Assembly: GCA_022813865.1 (NCBI GenBank)
Contig: JALDZX010000014.1
Span: 372,001 to 436,000 of the forward strand
Length of the DNA stretch: 64,000 nt
Direction: 5' to 3'
DNA from: Xylographa opegraphella
Lineage: Eukaryota
The position numbers and the translations under genes are program-made. Below the pieces are notes generated by a model. The model was not told the DNA's origin, searched no databases, and saw nothing but the letters and a program-made list of their open reading frames with translations. Within the stretch, counting starts at the first letter, position 1. Each line of letters opens with the position of its first letter. This document shows, piece after piece, positions 52,055 through 62,208 of the stretch.

Positions 52055-53321
52055 CTATGCGGCGCGAACGCGTTGCGCCAGGTCCGCCCACCTCCCATGC
52101 CTCAATGGATCTAGGGCTTGGAGTGAGACTACCCAGGCGCATAGACTTTCGAAGAGGACAGGCCAAGAGCCAGAAGTGCTTTTATGCAGCATGGCAAGCT
52201 GTAATAATGCCTGATATATCCATTTACAGTCCCGGTCATCCTCGAGCATCTCCAATAGTTTGTCCGTTTCCGACTTGATGTAGGTCAGCCGTTCATACTG
52301 AGAGAGATTGGGAGCCATTCCGCGGGAGGCAAAAGCAGGATCAAACGTGCACATGAGATTCTGGTGGTAGAACCACAGCGATTGATCTCTTGAATCCGTG
52401 TAGAGACCTTCTTGGATCAGGATAAGTTCTACAAGACAGATCAGCTTCCTGTCAATCGGAAATGTAAAGCAGAAGTAGGCTACCCTCGTCTAGCATTTGG
52501 CGCCTCTCATCGTCACAGGCAGCTAGTTCATCGAGCCGTCTGATGATCAAGACGCTGCGGTTGTGCCAGGCCGAGAAATTAGACATGCTCGTTCTTATCA
52601 TTCTGGTTGTGTAGTCGAACTCGCTCTTCACCATACTAGGTCCTGCACTTTTATCACAGAGTTCAGGCCGTTCTAATGCAGCTATCACAATGCGGCGGTA
52701 TCCCCAACCATGGAAGTTACGGCTGTCAAGAGACAGCATCTTGCCGACCAGACGCAGTTCGCCTTCCCATATTTTACGTACCGCTGGCGCATGGAGATCA
52801 CTAGAAGCTTGCTGGAGGAGCCAGAGACGGTGGTTCCAGATCCAATAACATTTGGGGAACTTGCGAAGCAGCGAGAAGACAAAGTTGAGGTCCGACGTGA
52901 TGAGCTCGAGAATACCTTTGTTCAGTTCACGCGGCGGTTCTTCATCACGCCGTGTATCAAGGCTTGAGTCACGAGGAGATTGAGGAGCGATCCGATGTCG
53001 AAGTATTCGGCGGCGGTGATTCCATATCGTGTAGTACTCCGGGTTGAGTGTTAGAAGTTTTGACGTAAGCTGAAGAGCTTCAACCGTGTAGCTCTCGGCC
53101 TGAATCTAATAGCTATGAGAAGTGCAGTGCCAGGAGATTTCGTCGAAGGACCACAACCTTTGCTTCTACGAGATCGACAAGCTCCTTGTACTCTCCGATC
53201 TTCTTCAGCTCGCGTTCTCTCACTTGCTCCGTTCGAGGCTCAATCTCGGTGGTCCGGGGAATGCCATGCTACAATGTTCAACAGGTGTACATGACGGAGT
53301 TTTGAATGATCATACGCTCAT
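52055..53321 (-). CDS. BET4: Rab geranylgeranyltransferase type II alpha subunit; 6-nt first coding exon (ATGAGC) and three introns
   Basis: MS|HGIPR start and PFTA repeats NPEYYTIWNHRR, PKCYWIWNHR, DSRNFHGWGYRR, SNFSAWHNRS, DQSLWFYH. Confidence 0.92.
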
Positions 53322-53786
53322 TGTACTTGCAGTTGAACTTTCGGAACCGAATGATATGCAGAGAAGTAATTTGTTCTATGTCCACGATCGGAAGTAAAAA
53401 AGTAGTAATTATTAGTAGGTTATCCTACATCAAGCACGCCGAATCCGGATTGAAGAACTAGGCCCCGTGGTATATCGGTTGAGAGCAGACTTTCTCATCA
53501 TGAAGTTACTCTCGAGGTTGCCTAATCCTGAGAAGCACTTTCCTGTTTGGATCATCTTCTCGCTGCTCCTTTGCCGAATTCTAGACTAGCATATAGACCA
53601 AAACAACTTTCTCTCGAATGCCATCGAGGTGTCTGGGCATCGGTGACCTACTCATCTAGGCACCGTCAGTCTTCATTCTTTACGAAAAGATACTACATTG
53701 CTAAGCAAAGTATCACTACTATCGGTATACTCTCATTCTGTAATTCCAACTGGCCGCTTTGAAGCGTCTCTCCTTTACATTATTTC

Positions 53787-56356
53787 ATGGCTCGACACTG
53801 CACGTCCATGGAGAATATCCCAATCTCTACAGACTTTTGCCTCTATAGTATTTCACATCCGTCTGTACCAAGACGCTCCTCTTCTTATCATTATCGCGTG
53901 GAGGGAAAACCTTCTAATTATCCAAATCTCGCCCAACATGAACAGAACCCCTTTCCTTCTCCACCTTCCGAGCAAAACCTCACCCCACATGTCCAGGCTA
54001 GCAAAGCCAGAGATGCTTTTCCATTTCCCACACAACCTGGGAAGATAGGACCCTCCACCCCTGAACGAAATGCCCATCAGGGAAGACGGCCGCATCATGC
54101 CAAACGACAATGTACTGGCGTGCAAAGTTCATACCTTACACCGCCGTCGTCTCCAGATCGATTCATTCGCACGCGCCTCCCAGCAGATTCACATAGAAAG
54201 TGCTACAGCCTTAACAAGCCTCCAGATCAACTGTCCTATGCTGAGAGGCTCCTACGCCACAATTCTGCGGCCCCAGATCCATTCAGTCCTCGCAGCCGGC
54301 ATCAAGCTACAGAAAGCGTCAGATTTCCGCGCGACGGTTCCACAGCCAGAACGCCCCATTCTGCCAGCGCCGATGTTGCCATACCAATACCGGGTCTACG
54401 GTCAGGTAGTGTAGGGTTACAACCTCGCCGACCTAGCGCTGGTGCAGTCTGGAATGTTGGTGGTACAATGTTAGGTCCTACGACAGGGGTGCCGAATGGA
54501 CGTGGAGGCTTGCTTGGTAGCGGGACAAATGCACCTATGTATACGTCAACCTTCTTCGAACAGGAGACGGAACACCAGAGCCTTGAACGTTTCGAAGGGA
54601 GGGTTGCTGCCGCGTTGGATATTGATCAGACCAGCAGAATTTTCGGGATATCTCAACCTCCTGATCGCGGTAGGAGCAGAACTTTATCCCGTACTGGTGC
54701 TGAGCGCGTTCAATTGCCAACGACGATTTGGCAGAATGGGCAATGGGTGAACGACGGCCATTCTCCGAGTGAGTTGTCCCAAACACAAAAGTGTGTCCCA
54801 ACCCGAGCCTCTTGTGATAAGCATGCGAGTCCTACACATTGAAACTGCAACCACTGACGTTGAAATTGACAGCCCGAAGCAAAGAGTTCAAGACCGAATG
54901 TCGGGCAGTCCCGTCCACGCCATTTAGATAAGTATATTCTTATATTGTCATCCATATAATTCTGATATCAACTACAGTTTTAGATGCACCCCAACTAAGA
55001 GACGATTTCTACTGTTCGGTCCTTGCATACTGTCATACAAGTCGTACTCTTGCGGTCGGCCTGCACAACCGTGTGTATTTGTGGTCTGAGAAGACTGGTG
55101 TACAATATCCCCGTATGGAAGAGAACCGTCAAAGTACTTACGTTACATCTTTGTCCTTTTCTTCGACGCAAGGTGGAAGCAGTATCCTGGCAATCGGTCG
55201 TAACAGCGGTCAAATAAGTCTGTGGAGCTTATTCGACGAGAGCGATCGATTTCAATCACAGCAACCCAATGCTGTTGCATGCTTGTCATTCAAGCCGGTA
55301 ACTACTCGTAGAGAATCTGAACATCTTGGCACCATTGTTAGCACCGAAGAGCTCCTGGTCGGCGACGAGGTTGGCGTAGTGTATTATTACTCTGTCGAAT
55401 GGGGGAGTGCGCCAGGAGACCAGAGATGGCATGGAGCAATGCATCTGATGGCCAAGATCGATATTCATACACAGCAGATCTGCGGACTGGCATGGTCGCC
55501 CGAGGGTGATTACTTCGCAACCGGAGGCAACGATAATATCTGTTGTCTATTTGACACCAGAGATATACTCACTCCACCACCTGTACCGCTTATGAGCGGC
55601 CCTCTCAACGCGCTCATGACAGGCTTTATTCCTGACTTCATACCAAACGCTCCAGCGCACGAAACCTTGGGAAGCATGCTGGGTGGTGGCAATCACCATC
55701 GCTATGCGCTGCCTGATGGTATTATAAGACCCTTTCGAAGCACATTTTTACCGGGTCAGGATGGCTTGATGCTCAACATTACCGACGGTCGCCAACGACA
55801 TAAATGGCTCCACAGTGCCGCCGTAAAAGCCATCGCTTTCTGTCCCTGGCAACGGGGACTCGTGGCGACAGGTGGAGGCTCCAACGACCGAGCTATTCAC
55901 TTTTTCCACGCTCACTCCGGTGCGTGCCTTGCCACGATCACCGTCCAGGCGCAAGTGACCTCCCTGATATGGTCGACAACCCGACGGGAGATCGCTGCCA
56001 CCTTTGGCTATGCACAACCAGAACATCCGTACCGAATCGCAGTATTCTCGTGGCCTGACTGTCGACAGGTGGTGGCGATACCGTGGGTCGGAGACATCCG
56101 AGCCCTCTATGCAATCCCATATCCTGGCGGGCCCAACGAGGTGACGAGGCAGAGAATCGAGGGCGGGCGATGGTGGTCGCGGACCGCCGAAGAAGGTTGC
56201 ATCGTCGTGGCATCGTCGGATGAGTCGGTCAAGTTCCATGAGGTTTGGAGCGAGGCGCGGAAGTCCACAGGCGGTCACGCTGGGCTCTTGGGCGGGAGTG
56301 ATATTCTGGAGAGCCTGGAAGGGATCGATAAGGATGGTGTCGACGTTATTCGGTAG
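53787..56356 (+). CDS. AMA1: Cdc20/Fizzy-family WD40 APC/C activator, Ama1-like; GT-AG intron 54769-54872 and AT-AC intron 54928-54975
   Basis: C-box (PDRFI), RAVPSTPFR|VLDAPQLRDDFY, HTQQICGLAWS, GGNDN, HSAAVKAIAFCPW, ATGGGSNDR and a C-terminal IR tail. The Ama1 subfamily call is inferred from the divergent inserts. Confidence 0.85.
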
Positions 56357-56868
56357 TCTCATGGCATTGTTTAGCATCGACATTCACTTATCTGACAACG
56401 GGCATGCATGGATCGGTAAACTCATCTCGTGCGAGACATCCTCTCTTTCGTGTTTTTGGTGATCACTTTGGGATTTCGCTTTCGGTTGTAGTGTAACGCC
56501 ACGCAATTCAATGACCCTAAACCATGAATATGAACGTATCCCATTGAGACAGACGACATGGTTCGCATTGAGATATGTCATGCCAATGCCCTCGTCGATA
56601 TAAATACACTGTAGAAGGGTAATTATCTAGTAAGAACAAAAAACAGGCTGGTCGTCACTCCAGTGATAGCATAAGAATACGGACGATGTAACAATATCAA
56701 CCACGCTACACGTCTCCTTCGGACCCTCTTTTAGTGAATAAGCGCCAGCTATCCAAAAGCATTTCTCGCCTTCACGGCTGTATCAGGAACGCCTCGCTAA
56801 ATAGCAACAAAGATGAAATAAGCACAGAAAGATCGGCGCAAGTTGTTAAGGTGGGAGAGGCTGTCTGA

Positions 56869-58456
56869 TCAGGAGACGCCTTTTTGCCGTTTCCCTCCGA
56901 TTCGGGGACTAGGCTTTACTTTGGCAACGGTCCCGTTGATGTCGGTACCATTACCCATGTCTTCCGCTTCTATCTTCACGCCTGACGGTCTTCGCCTTTT
57001 GTTGGGCACGCTCGGACTCGCGTTGGCGCTGGTGCCTTGGCTGCCGGTACCTCCACTCGTATTGGTTCCTTGCTGACTTTGCTGGGCTGCCATAGCTGCG
57101 CTGATCGGTGGCTGTTGTTGAAGATGATTTTGAAGGGGATGGCTTTGCATTGCAGGTGACATGTTGGTCGTACCAGGTGAGGCGGTGGTATTCATCGGCA
57201 AGTTCAGATGCGCTCCTGCCGCAGGTGATGCAAACTGATTGGGTCCGTTGTACCCAGGCGTTCGCTGACCAGAAGGCGGCTGAATACCTAGGTTGGAGCC
57301 TTGCTGGTGCATTGCTGGATTGAAATTTATCTGATTCTGCGGAAGATTCTGGATTGAAAGAACCAGCTGCCGGAGAGCATCTGATGGTGACAACTGGAGA
57401 TTCTGCTGCGAGAAATGGAAAAGGTTTTCCATCGACGAGAAGGTCTCGACTAACTACTTTCTTTTAGTCAAGTCCAATATTGCTCTGAAGAAATCTCTTA
57501 CCTCGAGTAAGTTTAATACTGCGTTGGTTACCCCCCAGCTGTTGATGGGAGACCGTGGAGGGCCCACAGGTAACATGTGCTCCTGCGCGGGCTGTAATTG
57601 TTTGTTCATTCTCTGTTGCGTAGCCCGCTTTCCAGCATTTTTCGACATGTTCGGAGATGCTTTTTGCTCCGGTGAATCTGGAACGGCATGTATCTTGGAA
57701 CGCAGGACATATTCCGCATGCTCAAAAACAAGACATTCCATTATTTCGATCTTCCCGTTCTGATTGAACTGGGCTCTAAGATTTCCGGTCGTCATAACCT
57801 GCAAAAGCTTAGTCGGTAACAGAAAGCGGTTAGGTTGTACATCCTTATTACCTGACAGCCGTTTGGAAACCAATAGATAAAGCTAGATTTGACACAATCA
57901 ACAAAGTGGCCACCGTTAGGCAACTCTTTCGATTTCGCATTCTCCATAATCATCTGGAGATTTTGTACTCCACTATCAAAATGCATCCAATAATATCGTG
58001 CAAGAGCAGGAGTTGGAACTTCCCAGGTCTTGTGAGTACCCGGTTTCTCGGAGTCCCACAGCTGTTGCCGTAGGACTCCCGAAGGTGCATAGAAGCGGTC
58101 AACAAAGTTTTGCCAATAGTTGAGATCGTTCGGCTGTTGTTGTCTCCGGGCCTACAAGACACTCGATCAATATACACATTTTATTATTGGATTGAAGTAT
58201 AATGCTTACCGAAAATTGGCTCAAACAATCTCCGAATTGGAGAAGTGTTAGCACAGAGTTCCCTCCAAGATTGTTCTGCATTCGCGGTTGCATCATAGAG
58301 GCTGCAGCTTGTTGTTGAGCAACCTGCATCCGAGCCTGTGCATGTGCCTGGGCCTGGACTTGAGCTTGCCGCTGAACATGCTGTGTCGTTGCATCTTGCT
58401 GTTGCTGTTGCTGTTGCTGTTGTTGCTGTTGCTGTTGTTGCTGTTGCTGTTGCTGC

Positions 58457-58545
<89 letters not shown>

Positions 58546-58928
58546 CTGTTGCTGAGCTGCTTGCTGTTGTTGTTGTTGCTGCTGCTGCTGTTGAACTTGG
58601 ACTTGTTGCTGAGCATGCTGCTGAGCGGCTTGGGTCTGAGCCTGTTGTTGCTGCTGTTGGTGTTGTTGCACTTGAGCCTGAGCCTGAGCTTGTTGCTGAG
58701 CCTGGGCGTGTTGAACGGCGACAGCAGCCTGTTGATCCTGGGATCCTTGCATCTGAGATGGAGGCCTCATGGGCGGCAGAGGTGCCGGTTGACCTTGACT
58801 ACTGCCCCCTTGGCTCGCAGCCTGCTGCATTGCCATCTGCTGAGCCAATGCATGTTGCTGCTGCTGCTGCTGCTGCTGTTGTACTTGAACCGCTGCTTGT
58901 TGTTGTTGTTGCTGCTGCTGCTGTACCA

Positions 58929-58983
<55 letters not shown>

Positions 58984-59690
58984 ATGTAGTTGCTGCTGGA
59001 GATGAGCAGATAGGCTGACGGAGCGAATGTTGGGGTTGGTGGCTTGCATTGCGTTAAACTGAACTTGAGCGATACTAGGATTCTGTGGATTCATTGGCAT
59101 TCCGACATTTTGCTGTTGTGTAGCTGCTTGTTGCTGAAGCATTCGTTGATGATTGGCCAGGTTTTGTTGTTGTTCCTGCAGGTGTCGCTGGATATGTTGT
59201 TGCTGCATAAGTTGGGGGTTGCTGGCAACTAAACACATTCGTATTAGCATGTGCAACTGAACTCAACCTGTCTGCATCGAATGTTCCGTAAATGTACCTG
59301 GGCTTCCCGATCGCGGGACGCTGAAGAGGATAAGGGAGACTGACTGGCTTGCTGCATTTGTTGCTGCTGCTGCTGCTGCTGAGTATACATTTGCTGTTGA
59401 TGTCCAGGGTTGAGGTGTGAAAGTGCGTGAGGACCGATAGAAACCCCTGGTGGTCCGGTTCCCTGAGGCATACCAGCCATAATCTGCCCTCCTTGGCTAA
59501 CCTGAGGGGCTCCAGGACCACCAGCCATTCCTGCGTGCATCTGCTGAGCCATGCTCACGCCTGGTTGTCCGCCTCCCGGCACACCTTGGTTTGACGGATG
59601 GCCCGAGACCATTGCATGCCCCCCACGAGGCATACCAGCGTGGCCAGGCATTCCACCCGGGTGAAAGGGCTGAGCCATGCTTGCCATCAT
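56869..59690 (-). CDS. ptaB: LIM-domain-binding (Ldb/PtaB/Mfg1/Adn1-like) transcriptional co-regulator with a polyQ region; four introns, including 59229-59344 and 58152-58209
   Basis: Q/G/M-rich N-terminus, LLQFGDCLS, DLNYWQNFVDRFY, LARYYWMHFDSGV, SFIYWFPNG, SPSDAL and a basic C-terminus (PNKRRRPS). Confidence 0.82.
58396..58554 (-). repeat. Uninterrupted CAG/CAA polyglutamine tract (159 nt, 53 codons); shorter tracts continue to about 58998
   Basis: Continuous ctg/ttg triplets on the + strand. Confidence 0.93.
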
Positions 59691-60709
59691 GACTCTGGTG
59701 GGTCCGTGGCTTCCAGAGGCCAACGTAAGGGAACTGTGGCGATTGGCCCTCGGCGCCGACTGTTAAGCTCGATAAAGCAGCAAATCAATCTCAGGTTCGA
59801 GCACTCCCCGACAAAGATATATTGACCAAAAAGGAGACCTGAAATCAGTTCGGACGAATAATTCCTTCACTGGTGCCGCGACAGCATACCCTACTTCAGT
59901 AGCGGGAGCTGTGCGCGATGCACCGAGCTTTCCCTCCAATGCCAGCAGTGTCGGTTAGGGTTAACTCTTCCTCATGTATCATTCAAATGGCTTCAAGCGC
60001 AACGCGCAAAGTCGATCGAGCGCTCGATGCGCAAGCGGAACGTGCCGCTAATGGCGTGCGACAATGCACAGACGAAGCTGGGTACTCGAAGTTCAGACGA
60101 GAAGAGCGACTTGGAAAGCGACAGCAGGTATTATGTTCACAGATTGTAGTTCCCTGCACCGAGTGGTTGACTTATCGTACTCGTTTCACCCGCTGTGCGG
60201 CCCCCACAACGGATAGATCACCGACGGAAGAAGAACACGATGCAGCAATTCCGCAGCAGTTTCCGCAGCAGTTGATCGGGTAATATGCGAGTAGAAGGCA
60301 GAAAGCGCGGAGCGAGAGACGTGAGACGAGTGTGTGTACAGATACGAATAGAGCGGTCGAAAGGGTAGTTACGGCGGAAGATGACTGGCAGCTGGAGCAA
60401 GTTCGTTGCAGTGGTCAGTAGTGGTGGTGGTGATATCTCGCTCGTCCCCAGCCCTGATGATCAACTCACCGGGAGCGCAGGCGCAGGGCGGCCGTGTTGA
60501 TTGGCTCAGCTCCCTAGCGCTCCACGTGATAGCCCACTATGCACCGCTACCTCGAAATCTAGCACAATTCAATTTTATTTCCTGAATCTGCCCCAAACCC
60601 TCGAACATCTTTCCTTTCCTTTCCATGCTCGCCGTTCACCTCGCGGTATCTTGTGCGGTAAGTAAAGTGACCCTCTCCGTGCTATCGTCCCATCCATGCT
60701 TGCTTGTCC

Positions 60710-60832
60710 ATGGCGAGATGACAACCACAAAAAAGTCTTCTTTTCCCAGCTGAGTCGACCTTGAAGAAATCAGCCTTTTCGGACCTCCTTCGCCGGAGGT
60801 CTGCTACTTGCCAGTATACCTTGTCTGACCAT
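60710..60832 (+). ncRNA. snR190: C/D box snoRNA, snR190 homologue
   Basis: Terminal stem ATGG/CCAT, C box GAGATGA (60715), D' CTGA (60750), C' TTGAAGA, D CTGA (60825). Guide GTCTTCTTTTCCC is complementary to 25S rRNA GGGGAAAGAAGAC. Lies directly upstream of U14, as in yeast. Confidence 0.78.
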
Positions 60833-61019
60833 TTCCCACACTCAAATCTGCTTTCATCAAATATGACATGGTGTGGAAGCGCTAACAGGTTTGGCCGTCA
60901 CGATAGATTCCAAATTGCCTCGGGTTTCCTTGCTCCTTGAGTGTGAGATTGCTTATTACTCCACATACAGACCAAAGGTGAGTGCCTCGATTCCAGAACA
61001 CGCATCACAGTGCTTTTCT

Positions 61020-61136
61020 TGATATGATGAAAAACATACCTACATTCGCAGTTTTCACGCTAGCCAGTGCATGAACCTATTAAGTCGCTGCGTGTTGAGC
61101 GTAAATAAGAAATGCCTTCTTTTGGATGTCTGATCA
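61020..61136 (+). ncRNA. snR128: U14 (snR128) C/D box snoRNA
   Basis: C box ATGATGA (61024), domain A CATTCGCAGTTT (61043-61054, antisense to 18S AAACTGCGAATG), domain B GCCTTCTTTTGGATGT followed by D box CTGA (61130), antisense to 18S ACATCCAAGGAAGGC. Confidence 0.93.
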
Positions 61137-62208
61137 CTCACATTGTTACCACTCTCAATGCCCTTCCGCACTAGGAACACTCAGTGCTAACTATCTGCCT
61201 CATACTAGTCACGTGGCTCGACAAGATTACAACCTTTTCCTGATACGATCCAGTCTCATCGACAATAAATATCTGTGGAATGTCTAGAGCACATGAACAT
61301 GGTGGGTCGTAGATAGGGAAATTATGTGTATCCATAGGATTGTCTCAATGTCAAGTTATTTGCACAACACCTGGGGCACAGGTGGATGCTGGTTTCTTAA
61401 CCGGCATGTAACGTTTCGTGACGGGTTCGACTCATCGACGATGTCCTTCACCGTGCACTTGTGCTTGGTCGGGTCACACGGTCCGCACATGACTTCATCT
61501 AGAATATCCCCTTTGATGCCTTTCCTCCCGTAGCAAATAGACTATGCTCGAACGTAGGAACGGCTCTATATATCCACACTGTTTTGTTTCCGCAATACAT
61601 AGCTGGCTCTCTGCACCTCGACTACACTGTCTGAGACAGACTTCACATTCATTATGTCTGCCGGACTTATATCTTGGCCGTTCTTCAACATCTTGTACCC
61701 ACTCCGGAGGTCTTGGTGTCGTGTATAATGAGACGCATCTTAAACCATACCAGCAAGCATCCGGAGGATGTCGCGCTTCGTGTATCAGCGTGAACTGATG
61801 CCTGAATCTGATGCCCTCCTCTGTCTCATGGGAAGCGGACTGCGTTTCTCCAGACAGATCCTGTAGCCACTGGAGAATTGACTAGCATATGACTTCGGCG
61901 CTTTTCTGCACTTGCGTTCTGTTTGCCAGTTGTAAGCGCTCCTTCGTCTTCGAATCTGACCTTCTTTCTTTCTGAATAGGGTTATGTAAGATGAGACGGT
62001 GAATACTCCTTGGACCATTCTCTCGTCTCGCCAGTATCGGTGAGTCAAATCCTGGTGGTGCTACTAGACCGGATTCTATACGAGAATACCATACATGATG
62101 AATAGCCTTTTTCTGTGCCTGTAAATTCTTTGCGACCAAGTTCATCATTGTTTGTCAAGGAGGAAATGCCATCCAAGCTACGACGTATCAGCGATAGCTT
62201 GTTATGAT

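Larger units (their letters stand above)
60658..61208 (+). ncRNA. Non-coding snoRNA host transcript, intron span shown (introns 60658-60906 and 60978-61208)
   Basis: Consensus donors GTAAGT and GTGAGT, GCTAAC branch sites, TAG acceptors, no recognisable coding frame, one C/D snoRNA per intron. Confidence 0.8.

Noticed and set aside
54784..54790. CACAAAA (Ndt80 middle sporulation element core) in AMA1 intron 1
   Set aside because: A degenerate 7-mer is expected by chance every few kb; there is a single copy and it is not in the promoter.
58288..59018. Poly-Leu and poly-Ala ORFs on the + strand
   Set aside because: Antisense shadows of the CAG/CAA polyQ repeat.
59955..59963. TTAGGGTTA (TAACCCTAA on the minus strand) as a telomerase RNA template
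   Set aside because: It lies about 270 bp upstream of the PtaB-like ATG, leaving no room for a long non-coding RNA, and no other telomerase RNA elements were seen. At most a telobox-type promoter site.
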